Of a DNA stretch of 61,177 nt, positions 16,776-26,905 are shown piece by piece (position 1 is the stretch's first letter; the number at the start of each line of letters is the position of its first letter). The notes under the pieces were generated by a model, which was given only the letters and a program-made list of their open reading frames with translations, was not told the origin of the DNA and did no database searches. The stretch comes from a virus (Duplodnaviria; Caudoviricetes). The stretch is taken from IMG/VR virus record IMGVR_UViG_3300025009_000108, positions 1 to 61,177 of that record; one strand, given 5' to 3'. The position numbers and the translations under genes are program-made.

Positions 16776-17090
16776 TTAGCGTTTAATCCGAGATCGGCAG
16801 TTTGAGCATTTTACATAACCGCCGTCCACATCAGGTATTAGAGGCGCACAACATGCTGTGCATCTTCCTTCTTTTTTCATTCTTTTTATTTGCTCTCTCC
16901 GATATTGCCTGCGGTGTTCCTTTTGATCCTCTGACATATTGCAATATCTTGATCTTCTTTTCATAAGATGATATTTGCATATAGTGTAAGGGAAAACAAC
17001 TGGTTCTGTGCATGTTGTGCAAATGCCTTTTTCTGTATGCCTCTTTCTATAGGCCTTTACGGCTCTTACGTGTGATTCGTAATAGGTCAT
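16776..17090 (-). CDS. Cys-rich basic protein
   Basis: Repeated KGICTTC / EGRCTAC. Confidence 0.7.
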   Translation of the reverse strand: MTYYESHVRAVKAYRKRHTEKGICTTCTEPVVFPYTICKYHLMKRRSRYCNMSEDQKEHRRQYRREQIKRMKKEGRCTACCAPLIPDVDGGYVKCSNCRSRIKR

Positions 17091-17129
17091 ATATTTTAAT
17101 GCCAGCTATAAAACAGCCGCAGTTGTTGG

Positions 17130-17834
17130 TCATCTAGACAATTCAATGCGCGGTGTGATCCTGGCGATCTCTTCGTCAGAAAGCAGGAAACCCATTTTTA
17201 CCATCCACTCACGCTTTTCGGCTTCTGATTTCCAATCCATACCGAGCTTTGCGTTATTCCGTTCTACTGACGATCTGATTTCATATTGTAAGCGCTCCTC
17301 TGTCAAGCCCGGCAAGATCTGAACTCCAGAGTCAACCTGCTTTTTTGCGGCCTCGATCCTCATTACAAGCAGGGGACGCACATCACCTTCCAGATACGAT
17401 ACCAAGATGGCGATGCTCGACTCATCGATCACATCGTAACCTGAAAACGCAGTATAAAACGGATCGACAAGAATGAAGAGTTCAGGGAATTTATCAATGT
17501 CCTTTGTGATCAGATCCCGGAACACAACGGCCGGCACACGCATTTTAAGCGTCGCTACCCACTTGTCCACTGCGGTCAAGGCCTGCTCGGCCGTGTAGAG
17601 CTTAGCAAGGCTGATGGCCATGCCGTTCGCCAAAATGAGGCCGTTACCTACGTCCTTGAGGCATAGGCTTTTCGAGTTTGCAGCCTTAACGAGTAAAGAG
17701 CCTTGATCCATCTTTACGTTGCAATCCGGCCACTTTTGGATCGTGGCGCAGCCCTGGGCCATGATAAGGCAAAAGCCTGTGATGACTCCAAGAGCTACCA
17801 TAACAGCGATATAGTGTTTGCGTGTTTTTTCCAT
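17130..17834 (-). CDS. Putative lipoprotein (lysis region)
   Basis: AGGAG RBS; hydrophobic stretch ending in AQGC. Confidence 0.65.
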   Translation of the reverse strand: MEKTRKHYIAVMVALGVITGFCLIMAQGCATIQKWPDCNVKMDQGSLLVKAANSKSLCLKDVGNGLILANGMAISLAKLYTAEQALTAVDKWVATLKMRVPAVVFRDLITKDIDKFPELFILVDPFYTAFSGYDVIDESSIAILVSYLEGDVRPLLVMRIEAAKKQVDSGVQILPGLTEERLQYEIRSSVERNNAKLGMDWKSEAEKREWMVKMGFLLSDEEIARITPRIELSR

Positions 17835-17850
17835 GTAGTTCTCCTTTTGT

Positions 17851-18060
17851 CTACTCGTTTTTAACACCAAGCATGTCAGCGACCTTTTGCAATAACTGAT
17901 CGTCAGACTTCCATGGTGTTTTCTTTACGATCTTGAAGGCAAACCACAACAGGGGAGCGCCAACAAGCGTTGAAATCACCTTGAAATCCCTTGCCATGAC
18001 GGCTACGCACTCATTTATTCGCCCATCACTAAACCAATAGATGATCTCTTTTAAGTCCAT
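17851..18060 (-). CDS. Small membrane protein, holin candidate
   Basis: One hydrophobic segment followed by KTPWKSDD; AGGAGG RBS. Confidence 0.55.
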   Translation of the reverse strand: MDLKEIIYWFSDGRINECVAVMARDFKVISTLVGAPLLWFAFKIVKKTPWKSDDQLLQKVADMLGVKNE

Positions 18061-18087
18061 AAATACCTCCTTACGGTTCGTTGTAAA

Positions 18088-18429
18088 TCACCTGTCTTTT
18101 GCCTCAAAATGGAAATTGGGGTGAGTTTTCAACGCTGTTTCTATGGCGCAAAAGTTGGTTAAATCAACCAACATTTCCATGTTTCCGGTTGCTTTGTATG
18201 CATCAAACTTATTTTGCATATACTTCATAAGTGCATCGTGTTTCCATGAGCTGCCATATCTTATTCCACCCATAATCAGTCGTGGCCGGCACAGCTCAAC
18301 AAGATCCGACAGGGCTTTTGTCATGTGGGCTATTTCAGCACTAACTTTTAATGAATCTTTAACTTCAACAGAGCTATCTATACATAGTCTTTTTTCTAAT
18401 GAGTTTCGGCACACGTCAAAGTTATTCAT
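18088..18429 (-). CDS. Hypothetical protein
   Basis: RLIMGGIRYG...TGNMEMLVDLTNF. Confidence 0.7.
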   Translation of the reverse strand: MNNFDVCRNSLEKRLCIDSSVEVKDSLKVSAEIAHMTKALSDLVELCRPRLIMGGIRYGSSWKHDALMKYMQNKFDAYKATGNMEMLVDLTNFCAIETALKTHPNFHFEAKDR

Positions 18430-18445
18430 TTTATATATATCCTAA

Positions 18446-18856
18446 TTACGGTGCGTTGTAAATCATAGGATCGTTTCGCGGGTCAGCAGCAAACCCGGCG
18501 AACTTGTTAAGGGCACGTTTCCATAGCCAAGCCCTCCACCGGTACATTCCATCTTGTATCCATATCGAATGGGCTATTTCGTCAGCTACTTCCCTAAGTC
18601 TGCGGTCGAGTTTTTCACGGCGCATAAGTTGGTACAATGCATCATGCACAAGGGCTCCGCGCATTGAACTTCTTGTATCAACGGTGCATCCACTTGGACC
18701 GTCCCAGGCATACCCCATCTGGATAGTCAGCAAGCCAAGCTTGGTTAACGATATAAACTCTGTGTGGATGTTTTGGGGTGGCTCGATGCCAATGCGGAGG
18801 GAGTAGGTTTCAGATAATTGGTACTTATATCCCTTGCGGTATCGGATAGCGTTCAT
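18446..18856 (-). CDS. DUF1353-like protein
   Basis: GYAWDGPS...GALVHDALYQ...AD. Confidence 0.75.
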   Translation of the reverse strand: MNAIRYRKGYKYQLSETYSLRIGIEPPQNIHTEFISLTKLGLLTIQMGYAWDGPSGCTVDTRSSMRGALVHDALYQLMRREKLDRRLREVADEIAHSIWIQDGMYRWRAWLWKRALNKFAGFAADPRNDPMIYNAP

Positions 18857-18857
18857 A

Positions 18858-19082
18858 TCAGTTCCTTGGGTGATTATAATCTGGCCAGGGGCATTCTGCC
18901 AGGTACGCTATTGCTTTTGGAAGGATTCCTTTGCGCCTTCGTGCGATAGTGCACAGAGCCAAGCAGTCCTTGCAAAGTGGTGCTCGCGATTTAATCCCAC
19001 AGCACTTACACACCCACCGATACCATCGGCGGCTTTTCTGCTGTGTCGGTTTTGGCTTCAGGAGCTTAGAGATCCACTTCAT
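18858..19082 (-). CDS. Hypothetical protein
   Basis: AGGAGG RBS. Confidence 0.6.
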   Translation of the reverse strand: MKWISKLLKPKPTQQKSRRWYRWVCKCCGIKSRAPLCKDCLALCTIARRRKGILPKAIAYLAECPWPDYNHPRN

Positions 19083-19091
19083 AATAGCCTC

Positions 19092-19298
19092 CTATCCGTC
19101 TATTTCACCACTTGCGATGGTGTCAAGATGGGCAACGCCAGCATAATACACATCGTCATAGCGAGGCGCCGTCAATGCCATGCACTTTTCCGGATGGCGC
19201 TCGATAAGCTCTCTAAGAGCGTATCGTAGCTTTATTAATCCATCGGTTCTCGACGTACTAATATAATAACGTTTGTCTGGAGTGGTTGCGTCTGTCAT
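19092..19298 (-). CDS. Hypothetical protein
   Basis: ATGA-coupled to the endolysin. Confidence 0.55.
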   Translation of the reverse strand: MTDATTPDKRYYISTSRTDGLIKLRYALRELIERHPEKCMALTAPRYDDVYYAGVAHLDTIASGEIDG

Positions 19299-19627
19299 TT
19301 GCGGCCTTTCCATTCAAAGCTGTAATGCCCGCCATCGCTGAATCTTCCACCCCATCGGCAAAGGGGGTGCCGCGTTTCCCACATTACTCCTGAAGTCGCG
19401 TGATCCTCTGTTCTTATCATCGGCTGGAAATTCTCATCATAGAACACAATATCCTGAGCAAGCCCTATGTCATGATTTGAGTTTTTCATGTGATCGCTGG
19501 TGGGGTCTTTTTCGGTAAGCCGGTCGATGCCTTCATCGAGGGCGTAATTTTGTCCGATAGAGGTCAGCCATACAAGATGATTTGCAAGTACTTTGGAGAA
19601 TAGACAGCGCGCCTCGCTAAGTTTCAT
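19295..19627 (-). CDS. M15-family peptidase endolysin
   Basis: SNH..GLAQD...WGGRF.DGGHYS. Confidence 0.88.
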   Translation of the reverse strand: MKLSEARCLFSKVLANHLVWLTSIGQNYALDEGIDRLTEKDPTSDHMKNSNHDIGLAQDIVFYDENFQPMIRTEDHATSGVMWETRHPLCRWGGRFSDGGHYSFEWKGRK

Positions 19628-19904
19628 TTGCCATCCTTATCCTCTTTTTTGAATATGGAAACAATGCTCAGTGCTGCCACGATAGCGTCAAGGATCAATT
19701 CAAACTTTGACGGCTTATAATATTTACCGTGGCGCAGTTCACGTCTTTCTTTTCTATTCATGGGTTTCCTCCCTTGCCAGCCTATCGCGCTCTGCCATAC
19801 GAACGCAATTGCCACACCGGTATAAGTAGTTTTCAGGATTACAATGTCTACCTATGCAATCGTGGCACTTTCCGCGCTTGTCGCTAATTTCTTGGACGTA
19901 GTTG

Positions 19905-20153
19905 TCAGCCATTGAAAGCTTCGCAAATCATTTTTGCTCTGTCCATGTACTCTTCTGTTATGCAACGAGTACAAGCCATTGGTTCGTTGGTACAATCTCC
20001 GCAATGGTCCGTTTCTGTTGATGGCCTGAAATGTTTTACCCACCTGTTCTTTATATCTGCAATATCGTCTTTGGTTGGGTTATCATAATCAAGATCATCA
20101 ATCCAAAATTGAGCAAAAAGAGCGAACGCTACAAGTTCTATTTTTTCATCCAT
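19905..20153 (-). CDS. Hypothetical protein
   Basis: HCGDCT...CTRC. Confidence 0.6.
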   Translation of the reverse strand: MDEKIELVAFALFAQFWIDDLDYDNPTKDDIADIKNRWVKHFRPSTETDHCGDCTNEPMACTRCITEEYMDRAKMICEAFNG

Positions 20154-20168
20154 TAAACGCCTCGCAAT

Positions 20169-20369
20169 CTAAGCATCCAACACCGGGCCCAGGAACCTGA
20201 AATTTAGGGCATAGTGCGCAAGCTGTTTTCGTTGTTCTTTCTCCTGGATCGATTGGACTTCCTTCCAGTCCAGAGGGCAGCTCTCTTTGGTCGTGTCCGG
20301 ATGGTCGCAAAACTTCTCCCTTCTTAGGTACGGGCAGTCTGGTATTTTGCAACCGTTTCCTTGACACAT
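20169..20369 (-). CDS. Cys-rich hypothetical protein
   Basis: GAGG RBS. Confidence 0.5.
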   Translation of the reverse strand: MCQGNGCKIPDCPYLRREKFCDHPDTTKESCPLDWKEVQSIQEKEQRKQLAHYALNFRFLGPVLDA

Positions 20370-20384
20370 CGATACCTCACAACA

Positions 20385-20777
20385 TTATTTGTCCTTTACG
20401 CATGATAGGCCACCCATATCCCTTGCGATCTCCAAATGGAGATCGTGATGGGCCTTAAACTCGGACTTTATGTCATCGATCATTTGGCGCTGGTCGTCTT
20501 TTAGGCTTATGAGGGTGGCGTTCATGATTCCCACTTGAAGCACCATAGGGCATGCGGCTTGAAGGTTTTCACAAGCAACTTTATCTTGCTTCCCTGATTC
20601 GAGCGCAGTGATTCGCTTGTCATGGTTCTTGTGTGCCCACTTTGAGATTCCGATTGCGGCGAGCAGGGGAGCGAAAATTGATCCTATTTTCCACCCTGTA
20701 TCAATATCTTCTGGCACTATAGTCATGTTATCACCACCGATTGTTTCAAGCAAGAATTTTTTAAAATCTTGGCCCAA
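20385..20777 (-). CDS. Single-TM coiled-coil protein (holin-like)
   Basis: IGSIFAPLLAAIGI followed by DKRITALE; start possibly at MTIVPE. Confidence 0.55.
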   Translation of the reverse strand: MGQDFKKFLLETIGGDNMTIVPEDIDTGWKIGSIFAPLLAAIGISKWAHKNHDKRITALESGKQDKVACENLQAACPMVLQVGIMNATLISLKDDQRQMIDDIKSEFKAHHDLHLEIARDMGGLSCVKDK

Positions 20778-20784
20778 TGCCAGA

Positions 20785-21141
20785 TCATTCCCCGAACTGA
20801 ATAGTCAACGTTTTAGGCGCCTTTGGATAAACTATCGTTTCGGACGGCTCCGGAATTGTGTACACGACGATGTTTGAGTCCGGCGATTCGATAGTTCCCT
20901 GATATGCTCGCGCCACGAATTTAAATGTCACGCCGGCCGGAAAGTCCGGCAATGTGCATGTCGTAGTGGTTCCCTGCCAGGCAGGGGTGGTATAAACGAA
21001 CGGTTGGCTTTCAGGAGCCCAATAGATCCGATACCCTTCAGGAGCCGGAACGCTGGCGTCCCATCGAAGGGTTACGTCATTGGCCTGAACTGCGCCGCAA
21101 AGCGCGAATACCGCCAATAATGCCAAGGTAATCTTTTTCAT
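20785..21141 (-). CDS. Exported fibronectin type III domain protein
   Basis: AGGAG RBS; signal MKKITLALLAVFALCGAVQA; VTLRWDAS...GYRIYW...FVARAY...ES.DSN. Confidence 0.85.
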   Translation of the reverse strand: MKKITLALLAVFALCGAVQANDVTLRWDASVPAPEGYRIYWAPESQPFVYTTPAWQGTTTTCTLPDFPAGVTFKFVARAYQGTIESPDSNIVVYTIPEPSETIVYPKAPKTLTIQFGE

Positions 21142-21184
21142 TTCGTAATCTCCTTTTTTTATTGTAAAGTAAACTCCATACCGC

Positions 21185-22525
21185 TTATCGGTAATTACCA
21201 GTCCCATAAAATATAGTCCCGGTGCCTCCAAAAGAGCGCGCTGGAACTGGAGTTGGTGTTGGCTCTCCGTCCACATACTCGATCGCCCCACGATCCCATT
21301 CTCCATCAGCACCCCTTTGCGTTCCTGCCCAATCCTGAGTGTAGGGGCTTGACAGCGTATAACCTGCATCCATGGCTGCAACTGCTGCTGGGGTAAGCGA
21401 GAAGTCCCCGGCTGCAATATTGACGAATGGGTTTCCAGTTCCAGTGTAGGCGCTGGTGCCAGAGGTAACATTCGAGCATGACCACCACCCGTTGTGTGTA
21501 TTTGTAGGGGTAGAATTTTGAAACCCCGCGTTAGAGTTGTAGCATACATTATTCCTAAACTCTCCAGTGACGCCAGTATCGCTTCCGAGGATTCGGTTGT
21601 TGCAACTAATAAATGCATTGTTGTATATGTACGCCTGGAGAGAATAATGCACACCAGCGATAATTCCATCTCCTACCGTTATATCGTAAAACACATTGCC
21701 ATAGATATAGTATGGACCTGATGGAGCATTAAGAGCAACTATACCGCCAGTTCCAGAATCGCGACCCTCAATCCAATTATACCGAATCGTCCACCAGCGG
21801 CAATTCCCATAGTTGTTGTTAAACTCTTCTCCATGCTGGGCGGCAGAACTATATCCATTTAAAATAACATTGTATTCACTTAACCAATAGTCGTTTTTGT
21901 TGTCCGCCGCTTCATACCCAGCTGTACCCCATTGGAAGTTTGACCATCCATTTGCGAGACAATGACTGATAGTCAGATAATGAACTCCTTCGCTGGAGTT
22001 ATCAGTAGAGAAAAAGAACTTTTCTACGTCTCCACCCGGAGCTGTGCCGGTGAAGTGTGAGAAAGTAATGTCAGTTATTACCGCATTAATATTGTAGGCG
22101 GAAAGCGCTCCATTGGAAGACGCCGTAACAAAACCATAATCGGATGCGGTCTTACTCATTGAACCTTTTGCGCCGTCGATCACCCAATAGGAAGACTGCA
22201 CCACAAGACCACCGGTAAAAGACGCCTGGCCATCCCCAAGGCCAGAACTCCAATTAGACAACCCACCGTAATCAGAATCAGTCGCCTTTTTTACTGTTAT
22301 TAATGTTGTTCCTGAAACCGCAGTGCTAAAGGTTTTTCCGGCGTATGTGCCATCTACTAAATAATATGAGTTTCCGCGTGTCAGCGTGCTCGACCACGCC
22401 AGAAGATTATTATAATCTGACCCACTACCGTTACCAGTGGCCGAAGGTCCGACTGCATAGTTCGCAGCAAAACAGTTGCCTAAAAGCATCAGCATGACAA
22501 CTGTTGCGCGAATTATCGTTTTCAA
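21185..22525 (-). CDS. Exported right-handed beta-helix (pectin-lyase-like) protein
   Basis: Signal peptide; Asn-rich beta-helix pattern; DFSL...DAG...DRGAIEY C-terminus. Confidence 0.75.
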   Translation of the reverse strand: MKTIIRATVVMLMLLGNCFAANYAVGPSATGNGSGSDYNNLLAWSSTLTRGNSYYLVDGTYAGKTFSTAVSGTTLITVKKATDSDYGGLSNWSSGLGDGQASFTGGLVVQSSYWVIDGAKGSMSKTASDYGFVTASSNGALSAYNINAVITDITFSHFTGTAPGGDVEKFFFSTDNSSEGVHYLTISHCLANGWSNFQWGTAGYEAADNKNDYWLSEYNVILNGYSSAAQHGEEFNNNYGNCRWWTIRYNWIEGRDSGTGGIVALNAPSGPYYIYGNVFYDITVGDGIIAGVHYSLQAYIYNNAFISCNNRILGSDTGVTGEFRNNVCYNSNAGFQNSTPTNTHNGWWSCSNVTSGTSAYTGTGNPFVNIAAGDFSLTPAAVAAMDAGYTLSSPYTQDWAGTQRGADGEWDRGAIEYVDGEPTPTPVPARSFGGTGTIFYGTGNYR

Positions 22526-22536
22526 GTTATGCTCCC

Positions 22537-23328
22537 CTATTGTGCCTTAAAGGCCATGAACCCTGATATATATTGGTCACTTGAGTCTACTGTTGCAAAG
22601 TTCCCAGCAGGATAAGATCCGGTTGAGCTTACAATCTTGTCAAACGCACCCCAATGGACACCACTTGCTGCGCTCCTTCGATTAAAGCTACCGGCAGCGG
22701 TGTAGGTATGATCGTTATTCCAAGATAGTTCAAAAGCAACCAGCAAATCGTTGGCGTTCGTGGTAGTAATATTTTGTGCCGTTCGATTCGTTGACGAAGC
22801 CGCAATATCGTTGCAGCTCGCGCTATTGCAAGAAAATCCATCGAGCGCAGAACTGGTTGCAACTCCGCTATAGTTCATGCACTGGATGCCGTTATAAGTA
22901 CTTGCGTATCCCGGATTTGCAGCAGCGCATGTTGTCGAGCCGGCCGTAGCGCCTTCTTTATACCAATAGCTGACTATGTAATGAGCCGCTGTAACCGTAG
23001 TCACTCCAGCCTTTGTAAGCGAGTTTGCGCCACAATCTACGGTAGACCAATCTTGATTGTCGAACTCATACCGTCCTGCTTGGCATACCAAAAGATCATT
23101 TGTGGCAACATCTAAATTGGTAGATGTGGTAATGGTATTGACAGAGGTATCTACCACGTTTAAAGCGATGTTCTTGTAAGCTGGTGTTGGAGACGGAGTC
23201 GGCGTAGGCGTGCCGCCAGACACCCTAAGCATAGCAGGCTGCGAGGAAGACCACCACGCATTTGCCGTAAACGGTATAATAACCGCGCAAACCAGCAAGA
23301 AGCAAATAAGGTCTACGTATCTCTTCAT
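22537..23328 (-). CDS. Exported beta-sandwich virion-type protein
   Basis: Signal ending ANA; PTPTP linker; two NDLLV-type repeats. Confidence 0.7.
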   Translation of the reverse strand: MKRYVDLICFLLVCAVIIPFTANAWWSSSQPAMLRVSGGTPTPTPSPTPAYKNIALNVVDTSVNTITTSTNLDVATNDLLVCQAGRYEFDNQDWSTVDCGANSLTKAGVTTVTAAHYIVSYWYKEGATAGSTTCAAANPGYASTYNGIQCMNYSGVATSSALDGFSCNSASCNDIAASSTNRTAQNITTTNANDLLVAFELSWNNDHTYTAAGSFNRRSAASGVHWGAFDKIVSSTGSYPAGNFATVDSSDQYISGFMAFKAQ

Positions 23329-26300
23329 TAGTCTGCCGCCCCTCCATCAGCGCAAGCCGCAGTTTCGGAAAATACCCGCCACTCGTTTTCAGCGGTACAC
23401 ATCAAGGTAACTTTTGTTCCAGCCGTAGCGGCCATATCCAATTCATCATTTGCGCCGATACCGGTTCCGTCGAATAGATAGAATTGATCGCCAGAAGCAG
23501 GAACAACTTCAATTTTTTCTGCGTCACGCGCCCACAACGTAACGAAGTTGCCAATCGTTGCTGCGGTGCAATCCCACATGGTGACTTCATCGGCAGTCGT
23601 CATCTGAATAATACCGCCGCCATTATCAGCCTGGGTTGCTGTTCTGGCCGCAACGTAAGAATTAAACTTGGCCCCTGCTTGGAGTGCGATGTTAGCAAAA
23701 TCAATCGCCGTAACGCCGGTGCCGGTGCCCACCACTACCTTGTTGGCCGTTCCATCTGTGTCTATTGTGAGATTTTCGTTGTTCGCCCCATTGACAGAAG
23801 TAATTGTCAATACTCCGTCTGTTGCGCTCAAACGAACGTCCGCGTCATTGGGATCGGCAGCAGATTCATCAAAAGTAAGCGTTTGACTATCCGCAAAGGT
23901 AGCCCCACCGTTCAGGGCAACGGCTGGGGTGAATGCGAATGTTGCACTGGTGCCGCTGGCAAATGTCCAAAGGTTGGTTCCAGCGGTGGCGGTCATGTCT
24001 TCGCTATTCGCGAACCATGAAAAAGCGTTTGAGATATAACCCGCTTCCCCGTCAGCATTGGCAGCCGAGTTTCCCACAAAAGCCGGGGCTGTCTGGTTGC
24101 CGGTGTAGGTGTTCGCGGCGGTCGTTGACAGTGTGGCGGTTGCTGCTGGGAATGTAATTGTGGCGTCTGCTGCCTGCGAAGCGTTCGGAACAAGGGTGGT
24201 GCTATAGTCGGTGGCACCAAGTTCGTTATAAAGCACCAGAGAGCCGTCTTGTGCGTCTGCTCCGAGGGTCATGGCGTTTGTGGTCTTGTTGAACACAAAT
24301 CCAGTGTCACCGCCCAGGGCCGACCCGCCATCATTGAACTGAACCTGAGTATCAGATCCAGCAGCGGCAGCAGTAGGAGACGCCCATGTGAGCGTTCCGC
24401 TTCCATTGGTCTGAAGGTATTGGCTGGCATCACCATCGTTGGCCGGAAGGGTCAGAGTGTAGCTTGCAGCCATGGCCTGGGTTGTAATCGTTGCCGTGTT
24501 ACTACCATCATCGCTGTCTTCTGCGATGGTGAGTTGCCCCGCACCTGTCGCCCCGCGATTGATCGTGAGCGCAGCAGAAAGTGTTTTAGCTCCGCTGATG
24601 GTCTGTGCGTCCTGGACATTTACAACCGCTTTTTCGGAGCCATTGACAGAGTACTTCAGTTGATCAGATGAGTCTGTTTCAAACCATATGGCATACTCAG
24701 AAGCGCCAGGAGATCTTCCACCTGCATTGTTCGCCAAAGATATATAGGAGTCTCCTGAACCTGTAACTTGAAAAGACGTGGCATAAATAGTTGACCCTGA
24801 CTCTATTGGGCCTTCAGTGTACAAAGAGTTGGTCGTTGTTGCGTATGTCGGGGCAACGGTTGTATCGTCATCGATCCATATCGCGTGCGAATTTGCCCCG
24901 CGTAGTACGGATTGCACAGCGAGGGTATCTGTGTCGGCATTTCCAAAAGTAAGCGACCCGGTAAAGGTCTGATCGCTACCAAGGTTGGCCAAGGTTTGCG
25001 CAACGTCAACCAACGTAATAGCCCTGGCAGTGGACAAGCCCGTAATCGTAGCGTAACCGGTGCCATCAGAATCGTAGACGCGGTTGACGTGCCCAGAGGC
25101 GTCGACATCGGCAGCGGCTACCCGCTGGTGCGTTGTTCCGTCAGAGATGTCATCAATACTTCGGCTGGTGATCTGTGTAATGTTGGTCAATGTAATATCG
25201 TCAGCGACGTAAGCGTTCGCAACCGCCGTGCCCTGCCACGTCCCGGCCGAGATTGTTCCAGCGTTGGCTATGCCCCCACTGAAGGTTGTAGCCGGCGTGA
25301 TCGTCACTCCAGAGGCCCCCGAAGCACCGATTGCAACCACTTCGGCAGAAGTCACCCCGATTACCGATATGTCAGTTCCGGCAATATCCGCTTCTGACAT
25401 GATATACCCAGCGTTTGGAAGCCTGATCGACCCGGCATCGGAGGGATCGGCCCCCAAGGCTATGTGCGATGAAGCAGCAAGCGATGCCGCCCCGGTGATG
25501 TTATTCGACGCGTCAACCGATATGCCCGTTACCTGTGTCAGGTTGCCGGTACCGTTGGTCTTGATAAGTCTCAAATCAGTACCAAAACCGGCGGGGCCAA
25601 GAACGATGGAGCCCGTTTCGGCTGGGATCGTAACCGTAACATCTGATCCAGCGTTTGCGCCAGCCAAGGCGATTTCAAAATCGTTTACCGTGGCGCCTTC
25701 AAAGTAAAGCGTGTTGGCTACGTTGCCGTCAGAAGCCCCATTTGTAAAAGCAACACCGCTTGAAGCATCGCCTACCGCTGTAATGTCACCAGAACCAGCC
25801 GGATCGCCCCACTGAGGATTGGCGCCTGCGCCTTGGGTTTGAAGGAACTGCCCGTTTACACCAGGACCAAGATTTGCGATATTGGTTCCATCAAAATACA
25901 GGATGTCTCCCTGGGCCAAAGTCTCATCGGCGATGTCAGTCAAATACGCATCAAGGGGCTGATAGGTTGTCGCCGGGAGGGTGCTTAACACGCCGGCATC
26001 AGAAGACACCACCAATGCATTCGCAGCTCCAGGATAAGCCGTTGGGAATGTCCATGTCAGGTTGGCGATGGAGTTTCCGGGGGAGAGCTGTGTGTAATGG
26101 CTGTCACCGTCATAAAATCTAATGTAGGTCCCGCCGTCGCTCGAACCATCTCCGCATGCTCCGTCTACACAATCACCAACTGAAAGAACGTCACCAGAAG
26201 ACGAAGCCGCCAGAGCTGCTATAGCCTGGGCAACCCGCAAAGGAGACATTGATCGAAGAGCTGCTTCGGTTCCTGCTTCCATTTCGGCTTGGCTCGCTGC

Positions 26301-26897
26301 GGATAGGGCAGGTTCGAATGTGGCCGGGTTGGTCCAGCCACCAGTGCCATCAGCATCAACATTGAACAGGTAGTTGGCCCCGCCCGGGTACGCCGTTGGT
26401 ACTCTAATCCCCCACGATTCGGTGAAATTCGCCCCGTAAAGATCGAAGCTGAAGTTATTGGCTGGGGTATTAGAGTAGATTTTAAGGGTACCGAGAGTGG
26501 TTCCAGCAACGCCAAGCTCAAGACCGCCAGCCCCGCTGATCGTGAGACCAGCAATAGACAGGGTAGAATCCGCTATGGACCCGTCTCCGTCAGCGTCGAT
26601 GGTTGCCATCAAATAATCAATCAACGCATTTTGAGAGGCCCCATGAGATGTATCCCCGTTCATGTTCGCTGCTGTTACTGCTTCATCAACGACTTCGGCG
26701 GTAGCCCCAGAAAACTGCGTAGCGAGGATCGATGGCGACCAAACCCTTGTCCTTGTCTCGGTCCCTGCGGTCAGTTCTGCCGCAGATCCGGCAGGCGGAG
26801 GCGGTATGGCAGGAACGCCACCGGTCCTTTCGAGACGAGAGGTAACACCACAACCAAACATCAAAAAGGCAATGCCGATCAAAAACAGCTTTTTCAT
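23328..26897 (-). CDS. Long tail-fibre-like protein with lipoprotein signal
   Basis: MFGC lipobox; Gly/Thr-rich fibre repeats (YTLTLPANDGDASQYLQTNGSGTLTW, GSDTQVQFNDGG). Confidence 0.8.
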   Translation of the reverse strand: MKKLFLIGIAFLMFGCGVTSRLERTGGVPAIPPPPAGSAAELTAGTETRTRVWSPSILATQFSGATAEVVDEAVTAANMNGDTSHGASQNALIDYLMATIDADGDGSIADSTLSIAGLTISGAGGLELGVAGTTLGTLKIYSNTPANNFSFDLYGANFTESWGIRVPTAYPGGANYLFNVDADGTGGWTNPATFEPALSAASQAEMEAGTEAALRSMSPLRVAQAIAALAASSSGDVLSVGDCVDGACGDGSSDGGTYIRFYDGDSHYTQLSPGNSIANLTWTFPTAYPGAANALVVSSDAGVLSTLPATTYQPLDAYLTDIADETLAQGDILYFDGTNIANLGPGVNGQFLQTQGAGANPQWGDPAGSGDITAVGDASSGVAFTNGASDGNVANTLYFEGATVNDFEIALAGANAGSDVTVTIPAETGSIVLGPAGFGTDLRLIKTNGTGNLTQVTGISVDASNNITGAASLAASSHIALGADPSDAGSIRLPNAGYIMSEADIAGTDISVIGVTSAEVVAIGASGASGVTITPATTFSGGIANAGTISAGTWQGTAVANAYVADDITLTNITQITSRSIDDISDGTTHQRVAAADVDASGHVNRVYDSDGTGYATITGLSTARAITLVDVAQTLANLGSDQTFTGSLTFGNADTDTLAVQSVLRGANSHAIWIDDDTTVAPTYATTTNSLYTEGPIESGSTIYATSFQVTGSGDSYISLANNAGGRSPGASEYAIWFETDSSDQLKYSVNGSEKAVVNVQDAQTISGAKTLSAALTINRGATGAGQLTIAEDSDDGSNTATITTQAMAASYTLTLPANDGDASQYLQTNGSGTLTWASPTAAAAGSDTQVQFNDGGSALGGDTGFVFNKTTNAMTLGADAQDGSLVLYNELGATDYSTTLVPNASQAADATITFPAATATLSTTAANTYTGNQTAPAFVGNSAANADGEAGYISNAFSWFANSEDMTATAGTNLWTFASGTSATFAFTPAVALNGGATFADSQTLTFDESAADPNDADVRLSATDGVLTITSVNGANNENLTIDTDGTANKVVVGTGTGVTAIDFANIALQAGAKFNSYVAARTATQADNGGGIIQMTTADEVTMWDCTAATIGNFVTLWARDAEKIEVVPASGDQFYLFDGTGIGANDELDMAATAGTKVTLMCTAENEWRVFSETAACADGGAAD

Positions 26898-26905
26898 TTT
26901 GTCTC

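Noticed and set aside
21142-21669. N-terminal extension of ORF 20785..21669
   Set aside because: It overlaps the 446-aa gene; the RBS and signal peptide point to ATG 21141
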